DNA of 59,874 nt, taken from Candidatus Omnitrophota bacterium. GTDB lineage: Bacteria > Omnitrophota > Gorgyraeia > Zapsychrales > Fredricksoniimonadaceae. The stretch is taken from positions 1 to 59,874 of the forward strand of contig JAYTXU010000070.1 in the NCBI GenBank assembly GCA_043742785.1, written 5' to 3'. The position numbers and the translations under genes were made by a program. Each line of letters opens with the position of its first letter. Within the stretch, counting starts at the first letter, position 1. The notes under the pieces were generated by a model, which saw only the letters and a program-made list of their open reading frames with translations, was not told the origin of the DNA and ran no database searches. Shown piece by piece: positions 20,311-27,700 of the stretch.

Positions 20311-20862
20311 TTATTTATCCACCACAAAGCCTACCTTGGTTCTTTTGTAATCATCAGTAACTGGGATCACAATAAGACGACGGATGGCTTCAAAAATAGC
20401 CTGAATCTTCTTATCGTGATCTTGATAATTACCCTCTAAAGCTTCGATCTTACGGGCTAAGTCTTTATGAGATACCATCAATTCTTTGATCCTGACAAAA
20501 ACCCTCATAATTTGAATATTGACCTCTATAGCTCTGTCACTATTAAGAACGCTCGAAAGCATGGCTACACCTTGTTCTGTAAAAGCATGCGGCATCTTAC
20601 GAACGCCTCCCCAACTTGATATCGCAAAATGCGATATCAAGATTAAAAATTCATCTTTTGTTAACTGAAAACAAAAATCCTCCTTTGGAAATCTTTTGAT
20701 ATTTCTTTTTACCTGTTCATTAAGCCTAAAAGTGGGTAAGCCATAAAGAACCGCCAGATCCCTATCAAGCATAACTTTATGCCCACGAATTAAATAAATC
20801 TTGTTTTGAATGATCTCAATTGGTAAAACACCTGCTGCTTTCTCAATAACTTGTTTTTTCAT
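20311..20862 (-). CDS. ORF6N-domain DNA-binding protein, copy 4
   Basis: IRGHKVMLDRDLAVLYG, LNEQVKRNIKRFP, FTEQGVAMLSSVL; GGAGG RBS before MKKQV. Confidence 0.9.
   Translation of the reverse strand: MKKQVIEKAAGVLPIEIIQNKIYLIRGHKVMLDRDLAVLYGLPTFRLNEQVKRNIKRFPKEDFCFQLTKDEFLILISHFAISSWGGVRKMPHAFTEQGVAMLSSVLNSDRAIEVNIQIMRVFVRIKELMVSHKDLARKIEALEGNYQDHDKKIQAIFEAIRRLIVIPVTDDYKRTKVGFVVDK
20615..20641. repeat. Intragenic palindrome, ORF6N copy 4
   Basis: CTTGATATCGCA-AAA-TGCGATATCAAG; perfect 12-bp arms. Confidence 0.92.
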
Positions 20863-20903
20863 AAATTCCTCCATTGATATATTTTCTCATTAAACTTTTG
20901 GCA

Positions 20904-21953
20904 CTATCTAACCCTCTCGCCGTTTTCGTCGAATATCACCGAAAGATCATGGATTAAAGATGTTCCTACCGACTGTTTTTCTAATGGCAGCGCCAAGCGC
21001 GCCATCGCCTTTAATTTGTTTTCCCATTGGCTTTTTTGCGAATCGTGTTGTGTTGACTCCTTATGCAATTCTTCCTGCAATTGAATGCTCTTCTGGCTCT
21101 TAGTTTCAAGCTCCTTTTGCAAAATGACCAGCTGTTGGGTCAACTCCTTATTCTTTTGCTGCTCATTAAAATATTGAACCTTGCTTTGATCGAAATGTTC
21201 CTGCAACTGGGCAATCTTCTGCTCCTTACCTTCAAGCTCCTTTTGAACAATGACCAGCTGTTGGTTCAACTCCTTATTTTCTTGCTGCTCATTGGAAGAT
21301 ACTTTATTTCTTTGATCTAATAACTGCATATCCTTGGAAACAGGCAAGATGGCTTGATGTTCCACTTTTTTCCAAATAAAGTATGCTCCCATCAAAAGAG
21401 AGCTAACAAACAACAAGAGAATCAATTTAAAAATCAATCCCTTGCTCTTCCATATCCATAAAATTCCGATCGCCAATATCCATAACCCTATATCCATAAA
21501 TCTTCCCATCAATCCAAAAGGAATGCGATAAACGCCGTAGGGATTATTAAAAGCCCAGCTATACATTTCATAATGCCATGATTCCACCCATTCTTGATCT
21601 ACCTTCAGTTTCGTACACCAGAATTCTAAAGGCCCTTGATTGGCAGGAGGCGCGGGTGGACTTGATGAAACTTTTATTTCCTGGGGTTGTTCAATGGGTA
21701 TAGACTGCGGAGATGGGGAAGCTTCGTTAGGTACGATTGGTTTTGCTTCAGGAATTATTTCAACAGGCGACTTCTTGATTTCGTAAAAAGCATCACGTCC
21801 CTCTAGAGTTTTCATTAGCTGTCCCTGGGCCGCTAAAACCGCCAAACCTTTTGTGACTGCACTTCTGGAAATTTTTAAAGCATTACTTAACTGAACCGGG
21901 CTCGCCTTGCCTTGAGTCTTAATGTATTCCAGAATCTGATCATTAACTGCCAT
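20904..21953 (-). CDS. Winged-HTH / two-TM / coiled-coil protein
   Basis: QILEYIK..GKASPVQLSNALKISRSAVTKGL..L...G wHTH pattern, Pro-rich linker, two hydrophobic segments, duplicated coiled coil; ATG at 21953 follows GGAGGG. Confidence 0.7.
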   Translation of the reverse strand: MAVNDQILEYIKTQGKASPVQLSNALKISRSAVTKGLAVLAAQGQLMKTLEGRDAFYEIKKSPVEIIPEAKPIVPNEASPSPQSIPIEQPQEIKVSSSPPAPPANQGPLEFWCTKLKVDQEWVESWHYEMYSWAFNNPYGVYRIPFGLMGRFMDIGLWILAIGILWIWKSKGLIFKLILLLFVSSLLMGAYFIWKKVEHQAILPVSKDMQLLDQRNKVSSNEQQENKELNQQLVIVQKELEGKEQKIAQLQEHFDQSKVQYFNEQQKNKELTQQLVILQKELETKSQKSIQLQEELHKESTQHDSQKSQWENKLKAMARLALPLEKQSVGTSLIHDLSVIFDENGERVR

Positions 21954-21994
21954 TTTACCCTCCTTAGCCTGTTCCTTCAGGCTTAGTTTAAATT

Positions 21995-22518
21995 TACGCA
22001 ATAAATTACTGCGTATTTACTCAGTAAATACCTGAATACTCACTCCCTGAATCCATCGCTAATCTCTTAAAACACATTGATATTCAATAAGTTACAAATC
22101 TTTATCCCTATCGTTTATCTTTAGGACCAAGCGGATGTGCGTAAAACATGAATAAAATATGAATAAAATATGAGTAAAATGTGAATAAACTTCCTTTACT
22201 GAGTAAATACGCAGTAATGACCTGAGCAAATCCAAATACTCTAATAGTTGTTGATTTAAGGAATACGCGGCGGAAGGAGAAACAGTGGAAATGCGTAGAC
22301 CTACTTATTTGATTAAATATTAACAAATACTTACTTAATAGTCAATTAAATATTTCAAAATACTCACCTCCTAGATAATCGCTAATGTCCATAAACATCT
22401 TGATATTAAATAAGTTACAAGTCATTAGCCCTATCGATTATATTCATGACCCCCAGGATGTGAGTAAAACATGAGTAAAATGTAAGTACTTTTATTTTAC
22501 GCAGTAAATTACTGCGTA
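21995..22518. promoter_or_regulatory. Repeat-dense non-coding block (palindromes, 24-bp inverted repeat, 11-bp tandem repeats, about 124-bp duplication)
   Basis: Repeats read directly from the sequence (see findings); a regulatory function is inferred. Confidence 0.6.
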
Positions 22519-22552
22519 TTTATTACGTACTTCCTCTTACTTTTGATTTTGG

Positions 22553-23023
22553 TTATGCAGAAACCAACGTCTTCGCATCTGCTGTCAGTCCAAGGAAGCT
22601 ACGAAGGTCAGTCATTGGTTGGATATTGATAATCACCGGCACAAAGCCAGGGGCGTCTTGAAGTTGCTCAAGCATGGCGGGGTCAAGGTGAAATTTGATC
22701 CCCCCACTGTCATCCCCGCGAAAGCGGGGATCCATGTCAGAATTACCCTTATTATGAATTCCCGCATTTCCCTGCCTGCCGGCAGGCAGGGCGGGAATTA
22801 CATCATCACCACGATCCAAAATAAAATCAAAACGGAAAGGGTTATCCGTATGAACCTTGATACTCTTTAAGATCGGCGGATTCATCGGTGGGCTTAAATG
22901 AACCATCACTCCAGGCTTCGGTAATACAAAATCCTGTGCTTGGACAAGCGGCATCGGTCCAAAGGTATTAACCAAGAACGCTATTAAGATAACTATATGA
23001 GTGCATGGGGCTCTCTGTCTCAT
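22553..23023 (-). CDS. Short secreted protein resembling the joined N- and C-termini of Omnitrophota very large proteins; may be a remnant
   Basis: Signal-like N-terminus, LPKPGVMVHLSP..PPILK.IKVH.DNPFRFDFILD and GIKFHLDPAMLEQLQ.APGFVPVIINIQP, linked only by repeat-derived peptide; family identity recalled, not searched. Confidence 0.55.
   Translation of the reverse strand: MRQRAPCTHIVILIAFLVNTFGPMPLVQAQDFVLPKPGVMVHLSPPMNPPILKSIKVHTDNPFRFDFILDRGDDVIPALPAGRQGNAGIHNKGNSDMDPRFRGDDSGGIKFHLDPAMLEQLQDAPGFVPVIINIQPMTDLRSFLGLTADAKTLVSA
22708..22802. repeat. Family C double-hairpin element with a family B palindrome (22771-22790) nested in its right loop
   Basis: TGTCATCCCCGCGAAAGCGGGGATCCA...TGAATTCCCGCATTTC[CCTGCCTGCCGGCAGGCAGG]GCGGGAATTACA. 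Confidence 0.9.
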
Positions 23024-23061
23024 AGTATCTAAAGTATGCCATATCTATATATGGAAAACAA

Positions 23062-23098
23062 GCCTGCCGGCAGGCAGGCCTGTCTGCCGGCAGGCAGG
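23062..23098. repeat. Tandem pair of family B palindromes (intergenic)
   Basis: GCCTGCCGGCAGGCAGG followed by CCTGTCTGCCGGCAGGCAGG. Confidence 0.9.
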
Positions 23099-23123
23099 AA
23101 CTGGAGAGGGTTTTGGGGAAGCG

Positions 23124-23499
23124 CTAACTTTCCAATTTTATTCCTGGTATGCGGGAAAAATCTTTAGTGTTTGAGGTCATAACAGAATAATGCCAATACA
23201 GCGAGCTGGCCGCAATAAGAATATCTTCTGTGTGAATGGATAAGCCTTTTTTCTTAAGATAGGTATAAATATCAGCCGCACGCTGGGATATTTGTGGGGT
23301 TAAATCTAGTACTGTACAAAGACCTATCAATTCTTTTCGCTGGGTTATATGCTTCTGTGATTCAACCCCTCTTAAAAGTTCAAAAACAGTGATGACCGAT
23401 ATGGCTGCTTTTGCCTCCAAAAGAAGTCGTTCAACCTTGGGATCAATGATTTTGTCTTTTCCGACAAAAAAAAAGAACACAGGTATCAAGAACTGTCAC
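23124..23499 (-). pseudogene. vapC: VapC/PIN toxin frameshifted at a T9 tract
   Basis: GTG at 23499 gives MTVLDTCVL in one frame; ISVITVFELLRG, EDILIAAS and TSNTKDFSRI are in another; the 376-nt span is in frame if one T is removed. Confidence 0.75.
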
Positions 23500-23732
23500 A
23501 TTCTCCATTTTGCGCGTCCTTCTTGTAATTCTTTTATTGCTTTTGTATGTTCTTTTAAGGACATGCTCCCTTTAAGACGAAGGATAACACTTTTTCGGTC
23601 ATTAGTTTTTGAACTAAAATACTCCTCAAGAGCTTCAATAATAATCTTTGAGAACCCTTTTAAATTACGGCTTGATGCTTCTTGAGACAATTGCTGACGA
23701 ATGTGAATAGGCACTTCAATAGTTGTACGCAT
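23496..23732 (-). CDS. Putative antitoxin (RHH/CopG-like) of the PIN toxin
   Basis: MRTTIEV N-terminus, 78 aa, GTGA overlap with the toxin start. Confidence 0.75.
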   Translation of the reverse strand: MRTTIEVPIHIRQQLSQEASSRNLKGFSKIIIEALEEYFSSKTNDRKSVILRLKGSMSLKEHTKAIKELQEGRAKWRM

Positions 23733-23795
23733 ATAATCCTCCTTTTATCTAATACAAGAGCATACTACATGCACATGCATGTCAATAATAGTGAT

Positions 23796-24893
23796 TTAGG
23801 ACTTCAAAGCGGGACGCAAATCTTTAAGATCTTTGATCATAGCCTTAGCCTGATCAAAATTTGCTGCGGGAATTTCTTCTACTTCATCAGAAATCAATTG
23901 GTCTAAATCCTCATCAGATTTAATTTCAAAACCAGCATCTTTAATCATCTGTAACGTCTTAGTATTACTCGATCCCTTAGAATTCAAATAGCCTTGTAAA
24001 AACAATGAACTGGCAGGATATAAAGAAAGAATCTCCATACTACGCAGATGTCCTTCACGTCCGGCTCCAACTCTAACTTCTGCCTGAGGATTTAAAAAAC
24101 GAAAAAGACACAATATCCTCAAACAAAACTCTGGGGTTAGGTCCTTGGGCACTGCCAATTGATTGCCTTCAATAGGAATAAGAAAATTAACCGGGATTGA
24201 TGCTGCTTTAATTTCTCTTAATCGTTTAGCTACTTCAATAATATCCTTATAAGTCTCTCCCATACCTGCAATCATTCCGGAACAAACCTCAATACCCGCA
24301 TTCTTAGCAGCCATCAAGGTGTTGAGTCTATCTCCATAGGTGTGGGTGGTACAAATCTGAGGATAATAACTTTCAGAAGTATTTAAATTGTGATTAAGCC
24401 TATCCAGTCCCGCAGTTTTAAGTTCTTTAGCACCATCGTTAGTCACAAGCCCTGTTGAGACACAAATTTCTTTATTAGGAAATTCAGATTTGATTTTACG
24501 AATAAGGCGAGTTAGACGTTCAATACGCTTAGGCGATGCTCCTCGACCGGCGTAAACCATGCAATAACGGTACGCTCCCTTAGAATAGGCTTGACGCGCT
24601 TCGTCAAACATTTCCTCATCAGATTTTAAGCCATACTCCTCAATTTGAGCTTCAGACGTTTTTGCCTGGGCGCAATAATGACAGTCTTCAGGGCAATGGC
24701 CGTTTTGGGCATTATTGATGATATGAACAACCACTTCCATCCCGCGAAAATGCTTGCGGACCCTAAAAGCCGCATTCAGCAACGGTAAAAGAAGAACAGA
24801 AGAATCTCCTAAAATCTGCATACAGCTAGCGTCATCCAGCTCTTCTCCAGAAATGCTTTTGTTGGCTAATTCATCGTAGAATTTTGAATCCAT
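23796..24893 (-). CDS. bioB: Biotin synthase
   Basis: CPEDCHYCAQ radical SAM motif, NHNLNTS, VCSGMIAGMGE, IPVNFL. Confidence 0.96.
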   Translation of the reverse strand: MDSKFYDELANKSISGEELDDASCMQILGDSSVLLLPLLNAAFRVRKHFRGMEVVVHIINNAQNGHCPEDCHYCAQAKTSEAQIEEYGLKSDEEMFDEARQAYSKGAYRYCMVYAGRGASPKRIERLTRLIRKIKSEFPNKEICVSTGLVTNDGAKELKTAGLDRLNHNLNTSESYYPQICTTHTYGDRLNTLMAAKNAGIEVCSGMIAGMGETYKDIIEVAKRLREIKAASIPVNFLIPIEGNQLAVPKDLTPEFCLRILCLFRFLNPQAEVRVGAGREGHLRSMEILSLYPASSLFLQGYLNSKGSSNTKTLQMIKDAGFEIKSDEDLDQLISDEVEEIPAANFDQAKAMIKDLKDLRPALKS

Positions 24894-25082
24894 GGAGGAG
24901 ATATTATGTTATTTAATTCGAATTGTCAACCATCTCTTACTGTTTTGGTATACATTAAAACCCTCAGAATTAACGTTCACTTATCAATAAGTTTGAATCA
25001 TCAAAATTTATTAATTACTAACTACGCAAAAAGGCTTTTTCATGATAAAGTAATACACTTTTTTTGAAAGGGTAAACAATCT

Positions 25083-26096
25083 ATGCATATTGCTGTTTTT
25101 AACACCAAACCCTACGATAAAGAATTCTTAACTCAAGCTAACCACAAGCATGGTTATAAACTAACCTTCTTTGATGTTCATTTAAATCATCAAACCTGCT
25201 CGTTAGCTCAAGGATACGATGTGGTCTGTTCTTTTGTCAATGACAAGCTAACTAAAGGCATCCTAAACTCTCTATCTAAAAGTGGAGTTAAACTGATCGC
25301 TCTTCGTTGTGCAGGATTTAATCAAGTTGATATTAAAACTGCTTTGGAATTAGGAATCACTATAGCTAGAGTCCCCGCCTATTCCCCCCATGGCGTTGCC
25401 GAACATGCCGTTGCTCTTATGCTAGCCTTAAATAGAAAAATCTATCGCGCCTACAATCGTGTAAGAGACGGAAATTTTTCGCTCGATGGGATGATGGGCT
25501 TTAATATGAATGAAAAAACAGTAGGAATCATTGGAACAGGAAAGATCGGTTTCTTATTAGCTAAAATACTCAGTGGGTTTAGCTGTCAGATTTTAGCCTA
25601 CGATATTCATGAAAACCCTGAATGCCTGAAATTAGGGGTAAAATATGTTTCTTTAGATACACTCTATGCCCAGAGCGATATTATTAGTTTGCACACCCCC
25701 TTAATTCCTCAAACACATCACATGATTGGTAAAGAATCTCTTTCCCAAATGAAGGACGGAGTTATGATCATCAACACTTCTCGTGGCGGACTCATTGATA
25801 CAAACAGCATTATTTCCTTTCTTAAATCAGGAAAGATTGGATATTTAGGGCTAGATGTCTATGAAGAAGAGGAAGCTTTGTTTTTTGATGATCTCTCCAG
25901 CAATGTCATCAAAGACGATACGTTCTCAAGATTACTAACATTCCCTAATGTGCTTATAACAGGTCATCAAGCTTTCTTTACAGATACAGCTCTAAGAAAT
26001 ATCGCTGAAACAACCCTGGAAAATATCTCTGCTTTCTCAAAAGGAGAACTACCAATTGCTAATATCGTTGGAGCTTCACACATAAAAACCCATTAA
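25083..26096 (+). CDS. ldhA: D-lactate dehydrogenase / D-2-hydroxyacid dehydrogenase
   Basis: ALRCAGFN, RVPAYSP, GIIGTGKIG, INTSRG, LDVYEEE, ITGHQAF. Confidence 0.9.
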   Translation: MHIAVFNTKPYDKEFLTQANHKHGYKLTFFDVHLNHQTCSLAQGYDVVCSFVNDKLTKGILNSLSKSGVKLIALRCAGFNQVDIKTALELGITIARVPAYSPHGVAEHAVALMLALNRKIYRAYNRVRDGNFSLDGMMGFNMNEKTVGIIGTGKIGFLLAKILSGFSCQILAYDIHENPECLKLGVKYVSLDTLYAQSDIISLHTPLIPQTHHMIGKESLSQMKDGVMIINTSRGGLIDTNSIISFLKSGKIGYLGLDVYEEEEALFFDDLSSNVIKDDTFSRLLTFPNVLITGHQAFFTDTALRNIAETTLENISAFSKGELPIANIVGASHIKTH

Positions 26097-26191
26097 ACGA
26101 ATTGGAATTGCCGCTTGACTGTTTAATATGATTTGATACATTACCTAGGGTTAAAGAAACCAAAACCCTATCGTACAAAAAAGGAAATAAC

Positions 26192-27325
26192 ATGTTAATA
26201 GGTATCCTTAAAGAAATTCATCCAGGTGAGACAAGATGCGCGCTCATTCCTTCTTCTGTTGACCGTCTTGTTAAAAAAGGCGCACAGGTAGCTGTGGAAG
26301 CAGGCCTAGGTTCCACTATTAGCGCCACAGATAATGAATACCAAAAAGCTGGCGCCACAATTGACTCACGCTCCAACATCTTAAAAAATGCAGATATCCT
26401 CTTACGCCTGCGAAAGCCGCCTATTGAAGAAGTCTCTCAATTAAAGAAAGGTTCCATTCATATTAGCTTTTTGGATCCTTTTAATGAAAAAGCTCTCGTT
26501 GAAGAATTAGCCAAAAATAATATCAGCGCCATCTCCATGGAGATGATTCCTCGCACCACCCGTGCTCAAAAAATGGATGCCTTAAGTTCTCAAGCCAACC
26601 TAGCCGGTTATGTGACTGTAATTTTATCAGCTGAACGTTTACCTAAAATATTTCCCATGCTTATGACTCCAGCTGGAACCATACAACCTGCCCGTGTTTT
26701 TATTATCGGCGCTGGAGTGGCCGGTTTACAAGCCATCGCCACCGCTAAACGTTTAGGTGCTCGTGTCGAAGCTTTTGACACCCGTCCTGTCGTTAAAGAA
26801 CAAGTTCAATCCTTAGGTGCTAAATTCGTTGAGATTGATCTAGGCGGAGAAACAGGGCAAACCGCTCAAGGATATGCTAAGGCTTTAACCCCAGAACAAT
26901 TAGAAAAACAGCGTCAAGGTATGGCCAAGGTTTGCAATCAGTCCGATGTCATCATTACAACCGCTCAATTATTTGGCCGCAAAGCTCCTATTGTCTTAAA
27001 TAAAGAAATGGTGGCTCAGATGAAACCTGGAACCATTATTGTCGATATGGCTGTCGAATCCGGCGGCAATGTGGAAGGTTCTAAGGTTAATGAAGAAGTC
27101 ACAACCGCTAATGGTGTTCGCATTATTGGATTAGGTAATTTGCCAGGCAAGGTTGCAATCCATGCCTCCCAAATGTATTCGGCCAATTTGCACAACTTAA
27201 TAGAAGAGTATTGGGATAAAGACACTACGACTTTTAAACTCAACATTGAAGATGAAATCATCAAAGGTGCCCTTGTCACTCACGATGGTGCTGTTGTAAA
27301 TGAAATGGTTAAAAGTATTAAATAA
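26192..27325 (+). CDS. pntA: NAD(P) transhydrogenase alpha subunit part 1
   Basis: IPRTTRAQKMDALSSQ, IGAGVAGLQA, VDMAVESGGN. Confidence 0.95.
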   Translation: MLIGILKEIHPGETRCALIPSSVDRLVKKGAQVAVEAGLGSTISATDNEYQKAGATIDSRSNILKNADILLRLRKPPIEEVSQLKKGSIHISFLDPFNEKALVEELAKNNISAISMEMIPRTTRAQKMDALSSQANLAGYVTVILSAERLPKIFPMLMTPAGTIQPARVFIIGAGVAGLQAIATAKRLGARVEAFDTRPVVKEQVQSLGAKFVEIDLGGETGQTAQGYAKALTPEQLEKQRQGMAKVCNQSDVIITTAQLFGRKAPIVLNKEMVAQMKPGTIIVDMAVESGGNVEGSKVNEEVTTANGVRIIGLGNLPGKVAIHASQMYSANLHNLIEEYWDKDTTTFKLNIEDEIIKGALVTHDGAVVNEMVKSIK

Positions 27326-27331
27326 CCAAAA

Positions 27332-27394
27332 TGTCATCCCCGAATGCTTTAATCGGGGATCCAAATCTGGATTCCCGCTTTCGCGGGAATGACA
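27332..27394. repeat. Family C double-hairpin element, intergenic in the pnt operon
   Basis: TGTCATCCCCGAATGCTTTAATCGGGGATCCA-AATC-TGGATTCCCGCTTTCGCGGGAATGACA. Confidence 0.9.
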
Positions 27395-27409
27395 CTTATG
27401 GAGGTTCAA

Positions 27410-27700
27410 ATGGAATTAATCTACCTATTATTTATTCTAGTACTATCCGTTTTCCTAGGGTTCGCTCTCATTTCCCGCGTTCCCCCACTTCTACACACAC
27501 CTCTAATGTCAGAAGCGAATGCAATTTGTGGAATTATAATCGTTGGCGCTTTAATCGCGGCTGGTGCTGAAGCCAACAGTACATTAACCATTGTCTTGGG
27601 AACAAGCGCAGTTGCCTTAGCCACTTTCAACGTAGTGGGCGGTTACTTAGTTACTGAACGTATGCTTAAAATGTTTAAAAAGAAAGACACATCCAAATGA
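27410..27700 (+). CDS. NAD(P) transhydrogenase alpha subunit part 2 (membrane)
   Basis: VPPLLHTPLMS, NVVGGYLVTERMLKMF; ATG at 27410 after GGAGG. Confidence 0.93.
   Translation: MELIYLLFILVLSVFLGFALISRVPPLLHTPLMSEANAICGIIIVGALIAAGAEANSTLTIVLGTSAVALATFNVVGGYLVTERMLKMFKKKDTSK

Noticed and set aside
18514-20862. CRISPR array or diversity-generating retroelement as the explanation for the ORF6N repeats
   Set aside because: The units are whole genes of about 600 bp; no cas or reverse transcriptase gene is in the window, and the differences are not adenine-specific.
22108-22326. 72-aa ORF in the repeat block
   Set aside because: It is a translation of the 11-bp repeats, with a weak start and no protein features.
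27197-27570. ORFs 27197-27409 and 27331-27570
   Set aside because: Both are read through the family C element and overlap real pnt genes.
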